A stretch of DNA of 64,000 nt from an uncultured virus (IMG/VR IMGVR_UViG_3300028393_000055) (taxonomy: Duplodnaviria; Heunggongvirae; Uroviricota; Caudoviricetes). The position numbers were made by a program, and so were the translations under genes. The stretch lies in IMG/VR virus record IMGVR_UViG_3300028393_000055. One strand, given 5' to 3'. The notes beneath the pieces were generated by a model. The model was not told where the DNA came from, did no database searches, and saw only the letters and a list, made by a program, of their open reading frames with translations. Positions 50,887 to 60,449 of the stretch are shown here, piece after piece. The stretch's first letter is position 1, and every line of letters begins with the position of its first letter.

Positions 50887-51594
50887 ATGGCACTACCAAA
50901 ATTGGCTACACCAAAATTTGGATTAGAACTACCATCAAATGGGCAGAGAATTAATTTTAGACCGTTTGTTGTGAAAGAGGAAAAGATGTTGCTTATGGCT
51001 GCATCTGCTGAAGACCAAAATTCTATGATTGACGCTGTGAAAGATGTTATCGCAGCCTGTGTGACGAGCGATATCAATGTGGATAAGCTACCATATTTTG
51101 ACCTTGAATATATCTTTCTCAATATTAGAGCGAAGTCGATTGGTGAAATTGTCAAGATGGAATATCGCCACACTGGCGGTGTAAATTACGCTGGCATTGC
51201 ATGTGAAGCTGTTACACCAGTTGATATCAATCTTGAAGAAGTGAAGGTCCAAAAAAGTGATAGCCACTCAAGCAGAATTGATCTTGATGGTGTTCTTGGT
51301 ATGGAAATGAGATATCCTACCATCAGTGATATTAAACAAATTACACAAGGCGACGATGAAATTGAGATGCTGGCTAAATGTATTATGTCGGTATATGACT
51401 CGGAAGAAGTTTACGAACCGGATAATTTGGCTGATTCAATTCAGTTTATTGAAGGCCTCAATAGCGTCCAGTTTGCTAAGGTAATGCAGTTCATTCAAAC
51501 GATTCCAAAGCTAAAGCATTCGTTTAGTTATAAGTGCCGTGGCTGTGGGCAAGAAGATACCGTGACGTTGGAGGGCCTGTCTGATTTTTTTTAA
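50887..51594 (+). CDS. gp26: Baseplate hub assembly protein (T4 gp26-like)
   Basis: MALPKL.TP, RPFVVKEEK.LL, FDLEYIFLNIRAKSIGE, MRYPT, C..C...LEGLSDFF. Confidence 0.9.
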   Translation: MALPKLATPKFGLELPSNGQRINFRPFVVKEEKMLLMAASAEDQNSMIDAVKDVIAACVTSDINVDKLPYFDLEYIFLNIRAKSIGEIVKMEYRHTGGVNYAGIACEAVTPVDINLEEVKVQKSDSHSSRIDLDGVLGMEMRYPTISDIKQITQGDDEIEMLAKCIMSVYDSEEVYEPDNLADSIQFIEGLNSVQFAKVMQFIQTIPKLKHSFSYKCRGCGQEDTVTLEGLSDFF

Positions 51595-51770
51595 TGGTCC
51601 TCTCTCATAACACATTAGCAAACTACTATCAAACCAATTTTTCGCTTATGCAACACCACAAATATTCTCTGAGTGACATTGAAGGAATGATACCCTGGGA
51701 GAGGGATATTTACGTTAAGATGCTACTAGAATACCTTGAGAAACTAAAAGAAGAACGCGAACGAGGATAA
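51594..51770 (+). CDS. gp51: Baseplate hub assembly catalyst (gp51-like), 58 aa
   Basis: Not in track; MVLSHNTLANYYQTNFSLMQHHKYSLSDIEGMIPWERDIYV...; TAATG overlap with gp26. Confidence 0.85.
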   Translation: MVLSHNTLANYYQTNFSLMQHHKYSLSDIEGMIPWERDIYVKMLLEYLEKLKEERERG

Positions 51771-51773
51771 CAA

Positions 51774-54158
51774 ATGGCTAAAAAGCCAGGACCAGTAGCA
51801 GGCAGTTTAGGAAACACCGATTACTATTACAAGAGTGATGGTACGGTTGTGGACGAGAACGGCATTCCCGCGTCTGCGCGAATTTCCGCGATGTTTGCTG
51901 CGCCTGCTCCAGTTGAAGAAGCTGCTGTTGTGATAGCAGCACCTAAAAAGCGAAAGAAGAATAACGCTCAAATTGCTGGCGTATTAAAGAATACCAAATA
52001 CTACTATGCACCAGATGGTTCTATCCTTGACGATCAAGGCAAACCAGCGCCAGATAAGATTGCTGCATATTTTCCACCGCAAGAAAAACGTGAAGCAATT
52101 GCTGCTGCAATGCCAAAAGCACCAGGCATAAAGGCCGCAACTAAAGCAACAGGTGTACCTAGTAAGGTCATCAAGCAATTCAATCGAAACGTATCTATCG
52201 CTACCAATCTGATTACCACCAATCAGAAGATAATGGAGTCATATCCAAAACTATTTGAACAGATGAGTGGCGTTGTTCAAAAGATGACAGAGCAAAATGA
52301 AACTGTCATCCGTACCATGATTCAAAATAACCAAGAGTTTCAAGATAAAGTCATTGAGACGCTAACTGGTGCAAAAGCACCAACACAAGCTGGTGGTTCT
52401 GTAGCGCCTAAACCAGGGCGTAAAGGTGCTGGGCGTAAATCACTCAAAGCTTCGCGAAGCACCGCAGTTCTTGCGCGAGCGCAGAGAATGCAGCAATCTC
52501 GATCTGCTAAAAATACGAGAGTAGGTATAGGTCTTGCGGTAGCAGGCGCAGCAATTGCTGGCGGCGCTGCTTTGATTGCAACGAGTCCAAGCGGTGCACC
52601 TGGTGGTGGGTCAGGGCCACAAGCAGCACCGGTTCCTTTAGGTTCTTCTGGTGCTAGTGCGGGAGAAGCAGGGGATAGACCAACGGGTAAAGCTGGTTTT
52701 AATCAAATTATGGAATCTGCTAAAAAAGCTGGAGATCCATTTCCAGAAGTTGTAGCTGCACAATGGGCTATTGAATCTGGTTGGGGTAAACATATGACGG
52801 GTAAAAATAACCCGTTTGGTCAAACCGGAGTAGAGGGTAGAGAACCGGGGGTAAGAATAGCTACGCCAAGAGACCCTGGTGGCGGTAGTAAATTTTTTAG
52901 AAGTTTTGAATCTATTGATGAAGCTGTTGCATTTCGTGTTAAAAAATGGGCACCAAAATATGCAGATGCAAAGACTGCTGAAGAAGCATTGATGATGCTT
53001 CAAAATTATGGAAAAACGCCTAGATATGCACAAGGTTATAATAATGATTGGATGTCGTATGTAACAAGCACATCCAATACAATTCGTGGTATGGGCATCG
53101 ACCCTAAAGTTCCTAAAAATGGCACTCAAACTGCTGCTGCTCAACAAACAACACCAGCTGCACCATCTGGTGGTCCAACTACCGCATCAACACCAGCAGC
53201 CGCGACTACAGGTGCACCAGAACGTAGGCCTTCTGCAACACCAGAAGAGGCTGCAACGCATCAAGCCAATGTAACGATGTTAAAAAACATAAACGATCTT
53301 GCAGCAAGAAAAGGTCCTGGTGCTAGACTCGGTGAAGCTAATGAGGCAAAGAAAAAAGAGCTAGAAGGAAAAGTAGCAGCATTTAATCAGAAATTTAGTG
53401 TTGCACCTATTCAGCAGGTTGGTACTGTTCGGCCATTAGATACAACAGGTGCACCATCTCAGCAACAAGTGCAGACTTCACTTGCGAGTTTAGGAAATGG
53501 TGCGTCTACTATTCCTGGAATGGTTAAGCTAAAAACTCCAGGTGGTATAGAATATACAGTTGCCGCTCAGTATGCAAGCAATTTCAAAGGGTTTGTTGAT
53601 GAGCTAGAAAAAAGTGGATACAAGATTAAGAGTATTGGTGGATATGCTAATCGTAATATTGCAGGAACAAATACGAAGAGTTATCATTCGTTAGGTGCCG
53701 CGATTGACATTAATCCATCAGCTAATCCGCATTTGAAAGATGGTAGATTACAAACAGATATGCCACCTAATGTTGGTGCGATAGCTGCCAAGTATGGGTT
53801 AGGTTGGGGTGGCAACTGGCGTTCATCAAAAGATGCTATGCACTTTTCTATGGGTGCTGGTGAAGGTGGTTCTGCTTCCATAGATCGTTCTGGTACATCT
53901 TCAGTCCCTGGTGGTCCCGCAGGTGCGCCTGGTGGTGGTGCAGGTGGAGGATTTGGTGCGGCATCACAAGATTATGCTGTGAATCGTGCGTGTGCGTGTC
54001 CACCAGTTGATACAAACATTATCAATAGAACCGTCACAAATGATATTAGAACTAATATATTTCAACAGATGGCAGGACCAACATATCGCCCAGAAGCAAT
54101 GCTGTCACCATTTATGATTGGCGCACAAATTGGTTCTGCTCTTAGAAGGTTATTTTAA
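51774..54158 (+). CDS. Tape-measure-like virion protein with GH73/glucosaminidase-like and M15 peptidase domains
   Basis: AQWAIESGWG...NNPFG...F.S..E..YA; GGYANR...SYHSLGAAIDIN...WGGNW...DAMHF. Confidence 0.75.
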   Translation: MAKKPGPVAGSLGNTDYYYKSDGTVVDENGIPASARISAMFAAPAPVEEAAVVIAAPKKRKKNNAQIAGVLKNTKYYYAPDGSILDDQGKPAPDKIAAYFPPQEKREAIAAAMPKAPGIKAATKATGVPSKVIKQFNRNVSIATNLITTNQKIMESYPKLFEQMSGVVQKMTEQNETVIRTMIQNNQEFQDKVIETLTGAKAPTQAGGSVAPKPGRKGAGRKSLKASRSTAVLARAQRMQQSRSAKNTRVGIGLAVAGAAIAGGAALIATSPSGAPGGGSGPQAAPVPLGSSGASAGEAGDRPTGKAGFNQIMESAKKAGDPFPEVVAAQWAIESGWGKHMTGKNNPFGQTGVEGREPGVRIATPRDPGGGSKFFRSFESIDEAVAFRVKKWAPKYADAKTAEEALMMLQNYGKTPRYAQGYNNDWMSYVTSTSNTIRGMGIDPKVPKNGTQTAAAQQTTPAAPSGGPTTASTPAAATTGAPERRPSATPEEAATHQANVTMLKNINDLAARKGPGARLGEANEAKKKELEGKVAAFNQKFSVAPIQQVGTVRPLDTTGAPSQQQVQTSLASLGNGASTIPGMVKLKTPGGIEYTVAAQYASNFKGFVDELEKSGYKIKSIGGYANRNIAGTNTKSYHSLGAAIDINPSANPHLKDGRLQTDMPPNVGAIAAKYGLGWGGNWRSSKDAMHFSMGAGEGGSASIDRSGTSSVPGGPAGAPGGGAGGGFGAASQDYAVNRACACPPVDTNIINRTVTNDIRTNIFQQMAGPTYRPEAMLSPFMIGAQIGSALRRLF

Positions 54159-56281
54159 TGGCTATTTCAAAACTCGTAACTGGTACACCATTTGAAAGAC
54201 CAGCAATAACATTTAGTACCAAGTCTGCTGATAGTAATATGCAGAAAGCATCATCGTCGCTATTGACTAACAAGAGTTCAATGGGAGACCTTGCGGACTC
54301 TATGTCGCGTTTGAATATTCAACTAACGCAATTGCAAAAAGTATCCAACGAGATTATGAAAAGCATCGCAAGCGTTCTAAAGACTGTTGCTAAGGTTGAC
54401 AGAGATATGACAGACCGTTTTAGAACATTGAATAAAGAACTGGCTGCGTCTCGTACAGAGTTTACCAGAAGTCTAGCTGCTATAGCACCATCGCTTACCG
54501 GTGGTGCTGGTGCTACTATCAGTGGTGCTGCATTAGGTGCTGCGGCACCAGCTGCGGCAGCGGACGCTATTCCTTCGAGTGGCGATTCCACATGGGACGC
54601 ATTCATTTCATTTTTAAAAATTGCTGCGCCACTATTACTCGGTAAAATCGGTAAAAAGTTAGCAACAATGGCAATTCTTGCTGCTACGGGTATTGGGTGG
54701 ATTGGCGTTGCGATTGGTCTTGCATTATCAATCGGTGATGCTATTGAATTGTATAAATTATGGAAGCAATTTAAAAATGAAAAACCAGATCAATCTGAAA
54801 TTGATGGCGCAATGGCATCATATAATAAAGCTCAACCACCAATAGGTGCACCACAGGGAGCACAATTAACCGATATGTCAATGTCTGGTGAAACTGGTGC
54901 ATTTGCTGAGGCTGCTGGTTCGAAAGCAAAAAGTGGATCTGGTGCACCTGAAGGTGGTGCGGGTCCTGCCGCTGCTTCTACTAGTGCTGCTGGAACGACA
55001 GGGTCTAGTACACGCGAAGCTAGTGCGGAAGATTTATATAAGACACCAGGTAGCGATGCTAACGATCCATCAAAGGCAGCTGCGTCAACTCCAGCAGCGC
55101 CAGCTGCGCCAACAGATATGTCAATAGGTGGTGAGACCGGTGCATTTGGTGCTGCTAGACAATCGGCGGCTGCACCACAACCAATGAGAAGACCTGCGGA
55201 AACTGCGCCTGCTGCAACTACAGGTGCACCTATAATGGCACCGCCTGATCCACACGCTAAATCTAAAGCTATGTTTCAACAACAACAGGACATGGAAAGA
55301 AACGGAGATTCTGGTGCTACTGCGATGTTCTTTGCTGCGGATCAACAGAGACAAAAAGAACTTGCTGGTTTAAAAGCTATTGCGGCTGCACCTGGTGCAC
55401 CAGTAGAAGCAAAGAAAGCCGCTGCTAAATCTATTCAAGACGCGACAAATCCGGCTACGTTCGGACGTGGTGGTGGTCACACTACAGGTGAAACAACCGG
55501 CGCTATTGGTCGTGGTGGTGGCGACCATACTGATCCTCGCATGTTAGGGCGAGGTGGTGGTCTTCATAGTGATCCAAATGTTGGGTATGAAGGCAAAAAT
55601 GGAGATATTCTACAGCAGGCACTAGACGCTGAGAAGCTGGGTAATCTTGGTAGTGGTGAAACTGGTATGAATGCAGCCGATGTTCGTGGTGCAAATATGC
55701 AGAATGCATCCAATATGATGGAAGCAAAATATAAAAAAGAAGATGAAGATGCTATGGGTGCAACACATGCAAAAGGTATAACATCCACCGTAGATTCTAA
55801 TGCTGCGCGTGATGCGATGTTAAACATGCAAGGTATAGATGATAAAGATAGAGCTAATTCTGCTGCTACCAAACCACTGGAACAAAAACGTGTTGATATA
55901 GATGCTGGTAAGATTGAACCAGAAACTGGTCACGATGCTATGGGTAAAACTATTAGAGGAATGCAAGGAACACCAGCAGATCAACCAGGCGCGCCTGGTT
56001 TAGGTGACTCTATAATGAAAGCTTTAGATTCTTTAGGTTTTGGTACACCATCAGCAAAACCTGCTGCAACAGCACCAACTAAGATTGAACCAGAGGGAGA
56101 CGAGTCGGCTGGTTATAAAGGTAAGTTAGGTCAAATCTTACAGACAAATATGAATGATTATAATGTGATGAATAAGAGCGCAGGTGGTGATACTAATGTC
56201 ACACCAAACATACCTCTCTCAGCAACTAATCCATTCTTGAATAGATTTTTTGGTAAACAGAAGATGGAAAATCATCAATAA
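54158..56281 (+). CDS. Tape-measure-like / ejected virion protein
   Basis: N-terminal coiled coil, hydrophobic segment, long Ala/Gly/Pro-rich region with short repeats; TAATG-coupled. Confidence 0.55.
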   Translation: MAISKLVTGTPFERPAITFSTKSADSNMQKASSSLLTNKSSMGDLADSMSRLNIQLTQLQKVSNEIMKSIASVLKTVAKVDRDMTDRFRTLNKELAASRTEFTRSLAAIAPSLTGGAGATISGAALGAAAPAAAADAIPSSGDSTWDAFISFLKIAAPLLLGKIGKKLATMAILAATGIGWIGVAIGLALSIGDAIELYKLWKQFKNEKPDQSEIDGAMASYNKAQPPIGAPQGAQLTDMSMSGETGAFAEAAGSKAKSGSGAPEGGAGPAAASTSAAGTTGSSTREASAEDLYKTPGSDANDPSKAAASTPAAPAAPTDMSIGGETGAFGAARQSAAAPQPMRRPAETAPAATTGAPIMAPPDPHAKSKAMFQQQQDMERNGDSGATAMFFAADQQRQKELAGLKAIAAAPGAPVEAKKAAAKSIQDATNPATFGRGGGHTTGETTGAIGRGGGDHTDPRMLGRGGGLHSDPNVGYEGKNGDILQQALDAEKLGNLGSGETGMNAADVRGANMQNASNMMEAKYKKEDEDAMGATHAKGITSTVDSNAARDAMLNMQGIDDKDRANSAATKPLEQKRVDIDAGKIEPETGHDAMGKTIRGMQGTPADQPGAPGLGDSIMKALDSLGFGTPSAKPAATAPTKIEPEGDESAGYKGKLGQILQTNMNDYNVMNKSAGGDTNVTPNIPLSATNPFLNRFFGKQKMENHQ

Positions 56282-56307
56282 AAAAAAGGGGGAACCCGGT
56301 TCCCCCT
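56280..56307 (-). terminator. Rho-independent terminator after gp32
   Basis: Stem AGGGGGAAC/GTTCCCCCT with an A8 run on plus (U-tract on minus) between convergent genes. Confidence 0.85.
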
Positions 56308-56313
56308 AGTGTC

Positions 56314-57222
56314 TTACTCGTCATCCTCAGCGAGCTTTTCGAAGAATGACAGGTCGTCATCATCTACAGCCTTAGCCTTTGGAGCAGGTGCCGACTTCCC
56401 TACTGCTGGTGCAGCCATTGAACGGGCAGTCGGACGGTCAAAAGGGATGTCATCCTCATTGCGATAAGATGCACCAGCCGGCTCAGCAAGAACCTTCTCC
56501 AGCTTTGCCTTCAACTCATCGTAAGACTTGAAGTTAGACGGCGCAAGAAAAGCCTGAAGCGAATTAGCACCTTGCCACATTGCAGCCATATCTTCATCAT
56601 TATCAGCAAGAGGAGCCTTGCCTTCAAACTCGGACTTATCATAGTTGCGATAGCCTTCGACCTTGCGGATCTTTAGCTTGAAGTTCGCGCCATCCCACAA
56701 CTCAAATGGGTTGACAGGCTTCTCATCTTCAAACTGAGGATTCATAACCTCATTGATCTTATCCCAAATCTTCTTTCCGTACTTGAAAAGAAAGACTTTG
56801 CCTTCATTCTCAGGATGTGCAGGATCCTTGAGTACGACAATGTTTGAGATGTAGTTGAGACGACGCTTACGCTGACGGACAATTTCCTTATCCTTATCGT
56901 TGCCAGAATTCCAAAGCTTGGAGTTCATCTCAGATACAGGATCTTGCTGACCGATGGTAGTCAAAGAGTTCTCAATATACCAACCACCTGGGCCCTGAAA
57001 GCCATGATTCCAAACACGGACCCACGGAACTTCTTCACCAGCAGGAGCAGGAAGAAAGCGAATAACAGCAAAGCCATTACCCATCTTGTCTACTTCAGGT
57101 TGCCAGAAACGCTCGTCCTTAGACGAACCAGTTTCCTTAGTTGATAGCTTGTTGATTTCTTTGGTAAGACGCTCAAGTGAGGATTCGCGATTGCGCTTGA
57201 GGTTCATAAATGCTTCATTCAT
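56314..57222 (-). CDS. gp32: Single-stranded DNA-binding protein (T4 gp32-like)
   Basis: DERFW, GNGFAVIRFLP, GGWYIENSLTT, EGKVFLFKYGKKIWDKI, GANFKLK, acidic tail. Confidence 0.96.
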   Translation of the reverse strand: MNEAFMNLKRNRESSLERLTKEINKLSTKETGSSKDERFWQPEVDKMGNGFAVIRFLPAPAGEEVPWVRVWNHGFQGPGGWYIENSLTTIGQQDPVSEMNSKLWNSGNDKDKEIVRQRKRRLNYISNIVVLKDPAHPENEGKVFLFKYGKKIWDKINEVMNPQFEDEKPVNPFELWDGANFKLKIRKVEGYRNYDKSEFEGKAPLADNDEDMAAMWQGANSLQAFLAPSNFKSYDELKAKLEKVLAEPAGASYRNEDDIPFDRPTARSMAAPAVGKSAPAPKAKAVDDDDLSFFEKLAEDDE

Positions 57223-57283
57223 ATGTGTATCTCCGTTGTATGTGTTGTATGGATTTTTTATTCACTCAATCATAATAACATGT

Positions 57284-57314
57284 TATTTATACACTATTCT
57301 GGTGCAAATGTCAA
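57284..57314 (-). promoter_or_regulatory. Dual promoter for gp32: TTGACA-N17-TATAAA overlapping late TATAAATA
   Basis: TTGACA 57314-57309, 17-nt spacer, TATAAATA 57291-57284. Confidence 0.75.
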
Positions 57315-57904
57315 GACAAAAACACCTGACGCATAATCTTTTTGATGTTATCAGGATCAACTCTCACGAATGGCCTGTACTTTTTTAGTTGGCGATACAC
57401 CTCAGGCCATATGATGGTATCGCCAATTACCTTGTTCCATGCATCAAGCACATTGAAGGCAATATCAAAAGCAATTACGGTTTCCGCAGAGACCTTATTG
57501 CCCATATAGAGTTTGATTAGTTGTGGATGCTCACCAGTCGTCTTCAATAAAGACTTCGGATCATCCACATCATCAACGATTTTATTTAGTTCTTCTTTGA
57601 GCTGGTACGAGAAAGTTTCCATGCGCTTCAACCAAGCAACATAAACTTTCTCTGACTCGGGTCCTGACATATCACCGACCCATCGTACACCGGCAGACGA
57701 GACAAAGTTAGCGACAAAGAAATTGGTTAGTTCGTCATCGCTATATTTGCGTTCAATCTTGCGAAAGAGATATTGGTCCTTGCGCTTTAGAAAGGACGCT
57801 TCGGATATCTTTTTGATTTTGCCAGAGTATTTGATGAAGTCATAGTCGGATGTGAAGTGAAGCTTGAGAGCCTGATAGCGTTGGTATGCTGTCATGCCTT
57901 CCAT
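57311..57904 (-). CDS. gp59: Helicase loader (T4 gp59-like)
   Basis: Y.ALKLHFTSDYDFIKY.GK, F.KRKD...F, FFVANF, KY.PF. Confidence 0.9.
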   Translation of the reverse strand: MEGMTAYQRYQALKLHFTSDYDFIKYSGKIKKISEASFLKRKDQYLFRKIERKYSDDELTNFFVANFVSSAGVRWVGDMSGPESEKVYVAWLKRMETFSYQLKEELNKIVDDVDDPKSLLKTTGEHPQLIKLYMGNKVSAETVIAFDIAFNVLDAWNKVIGDTIIWPEVYRQLKKYRPFVRVDPDNIKKIMRQVFLS

Positions 57905-59004
57905 TAGTTGATTCTCCAGCCTCGAGATTTCATCTTCTCAATGCGCCACGGTGCTACTAGTTCCATAATACCGCACTGATTAGATCGAATCTGTGTGTTC
58001 TTAATCGTATCAAATACGTCGCGTGTGATATAGAGTTTATCATTGTACGGTGTATATGATATGCAGCAATGCACCATATCAAAATGAGCAATGAGTTCCG
58101 CGCGTGTGGTGTATGATGTAGTAACGAACTGGTTCTTATGATTCATATCAAACGCAGTAAATTCAATCTTGTCATTGTTCATATAGTCGGTGCTACCGAT
58201 CTTGAACATGCCAGGTTTATCTAAGATCCTTGCATCAACATATTCTTTGACGTACTGTTTTGTCTTGGCATCATCAAGGATGAAAACATCAATATCATGT
58301 GGCAGTTCCTTGCTAAGAAACGACGCAAAACAACCGCCAGCGACAACTACCTTTTCATTGTACATGAGTTTTTCTGGCACAAACTTGAGATAGTTATTCT
58401 TTAGAACATACTTCATATTGCGAATCTCGGCCTGCTCTGCATCTGTAAACAATGCATTGCGCGCCATCTGTTCGTGCTTATAGTCAATACCAAGCACATC
58501 ATCAACGAACCCTTGCCTTGTGATAGAGCCGTTTGGATTTGCCATCCATTGACCCAACGTAGGCAAACTAGATCCTACAGCACCAGGATGACCAATGCCA
58601 CCAGAACCACCAGCGCCTGTTGTTATTACCACGGTGCTATCGGATACCCATTGAGTGCTACCGATTATGGTACTATCAGCAGCATAATCGTAGATACCAT
58701 CTGACCAAGCAGTTTGGCTATTCGGCATTTGATTGACCTTTGGATTTAGTATTTCACGGAGTTTGTCTAACGGTACTGCCATAACGTCACTAATAGCCTC
58801 TAAGATAACAAAGTATGGATCTCTCGCATCCTCAAGTTCGTAGCGAGTGATTTTTTTCGATCTGTTAGTTACTGATGAATTGATTGTAAATCCATCGAGA
58901 GCAAAATCTTGATACAAATGGATGTGTGGAAGTTTTAGATCCTGAAACCATCTATGAAGGTTCGACATTGAAGTGGGACCACCACTATTATATGCAGGTA
59001 TCAT
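57904..59004 (-). CDS. Hypothetical protein with C-terminal nucleotidyltransferase-like motif
   Basis: VVAGGCFAS...HDIDVF and FDMVHCC resemble the GG..D.D head of PolA/CCA-type NTases. Confidence 0.5.
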   Translation of the reverse strand: MIPAYNSGGPTSMSNLHRWFQDLKLPHIHLYQDFALDGFTINSSVTNRSKKITRYELEDARDPYFVILEAISDVMAVPLDKLREILNPKVNQMPNSQTAWSDGIYDYAADSTIIGSTQWVSDSTVVITTGAGGSGGIGHPGAVGSSLPTLGQWMANPNGSITRQGFVDDVLGIDYKHEQMARNALFTDAEQAEIRNMKYVLKNNYLKFVPEKLMYNEKVVVAGGCFASFLSKELPHDIDVFILDDAKTKQYVKEYVDARILDKPGMFKIGSTDYMNNDKIEFTAFDMNHKNQFVTTSYTTRAELIAHFDMVHCCISYTPYNDKLYITRDVFDTIKNTQIRSNQCGIMELVAPWRIEKMKSRGWRIN

Positions 59005-59249
59005 ATCGGAAGCTTTGCTCCAGTGCGTTTGATTAGATTAGAACCTAGCGCCTCTGATTGAATAAGCTTTTTGATTTTTGGTCCGATGAGACGAGGCACA
59101 CTCTCGGGTTCAAGCCCGGACGCGGTACACACATCCAAGCAAGCGTCAATATATGTCATACTTTTATTGAAGACACGATCTTCTACCATGCGAGCAAATG
59201 TTTCGCTTGTCATAATACTCGCTGGTGTATCGTTCATGCTTGCAATCAT
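59001..59249 (-). CDS. gp33: Late transcription coactivator (T4 gp33-like)
   Basis: F...VE......YIDA....C....EPESV..LI....K.....EA...NL; start moved to 59249 (ATGA overlap). Confidence 0.85.
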   Translation of the reverse strand: MIASMNDTPASIMTSETFARMVEDRVFNKSMTYIDACLDVCTASGLEPESVPRLIGPKIKKLIQSEALGSNLIKRTGAKLPI

Positions 59250-60019
59250 TCCTTCTTTTTCTTGACTTTCCCTGCTGCTACTCCCGCCATCTCTATCTCC
59301 TCCAAAGAACGACCACATCCCGTGCATCTTCCATCATCTCCAAGTTTGCAAATTGAAACACAAGTTCCAAGGTCTTTAGGCACAATAGGTAAATCATTAG
59401 CATTTAGTTTACGCAATGATTCTGCTAGACCAGAGTTAGAAGCAACGGTTGTCGTCACAGAACCAAACATCATCGAATCAAATTGCGCTGATGGAGAAAT
59501 AATAGACGACATCACTGGTCCAATACCTACAGGATGAATTGTTTGCCCCTGCGGTAATGTCGCATAGCCTGCTTTATCATACTTAGGAATCACACGACCA
59601 GTATCATACTCAAAATCAATCGGCACTGGTACTGCGACAGGATTCTTTTTGATCGGTGGCATATTAGAAGCCATCGGACCGCCAGTGTTCTTGCGCTTGA
59701 TATCTTCGCTAAGGAGTTCGGGCCAATAAAGTTCTAGTGCGCTGCAAGCTTCAGTGCAAACAAAGAAGTGATATTCACCAGGCCGAACGCTAGTAAAGTC
59801 ACCTGCTCGGAGAACAGTAACATCGGTAAGCTCGTAGTTATTCTTTCGTACATGGATTTCCAGTACTCCTGATTCAACGTAGAATCCATTCCATTTATGT
59901 TCATGTAGGTGCTCCGAGCAGCGAAAACCTGCCTTTACGTTGATCTTATGTAGCTCGACCAATGCGTTCTGAATAATAACACTGGTGTCACCCCAAATCT
60001 TACCTGTCACGTTAGCCAT
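59246..60019 (-). CDS. Cupin-domain protein with C-terminal DUF1289-like Cys motif
   Basis: GKIWG, CSEHLHEHKWNGFYVESG, PGEYH.F; C-terminal CVSIC...CTGCGRSLEEI. Confidence 0.7.
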   Translation of the reverse strand: MANVTGKIWGDTSVIIQNALVELHKINVKAGFRCSEHLHEHKWNGFYVESGVLEIHVRKNNYELTDVTVLRAGDFTSVRPGEYHFFVCTEACSALELYWPELLSEDIKRKNTGGPMASNMPPIKKNPVAVPVPIDFEYDTGRVIPKYDKAGYATLPQGQTIHPVGIGPVMSSIISPSAQFDSMMFGSVTTTVASNSGLAESLRKLNANDLPIVPKDLGTCVSICKLGDDGRCTGCGRSLEEIEMAGVAAGKVKKKKE

Positions 60020-60449
60020 GAGTAGCGCCGTCCTCTTCTTCCTTTGTCAAATCAAATGGACCATGAAATACGACTTCTCTATCGGTAGCTTCCCAACCAT
60101 CGTTTTCCATACCTTCGTGCCACTCTTCATCAAACAACTCTTGGATACGCTCTTGCTCTTCCTCGTCCATGTCATCAGGAAAAGTCCACGAACACGCGAC
60201 GCCATCATCAAAGCTATGATCCATCAAATCATAGTCAAGCGAATAGATATCAATGCCATTATCATCATCAAGGTCAATATCCTCAACGGCTTTGAGATAA
60301 TCCTTGAAATCTACATCATCAGGAACATCGAACTTGGCATAACCCCAACGCCACCAAGTCTCGTATTCAATAACTTGCCCATCCTTATTGAAGTATTCAG
60401 TTTCCTGAATGTTCTTCTTATACCGAGTTTCCAGCTTCCAAATTGCCAT
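60012..60449 (-). CDS. Highly acidic hypothetical protein
   Basis: 45 Asp/Glu versus 12 Lys/Arg in 145 aa (hand count). Confidence 0.7.
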   Translation of the reverse strand: MAIWKLETRYKKNIQETEYFNKDGQVIEYETWWRWGYAKFDVPDDVDFKDYLKAVEDIDLDDDNGIDIYSLDYDLMDHSFDDGVACSWTFPDDMDEEEQERIQELFDEEWHEGMENDGWEATDREVVFHGPFDLTKEEEDGATHG

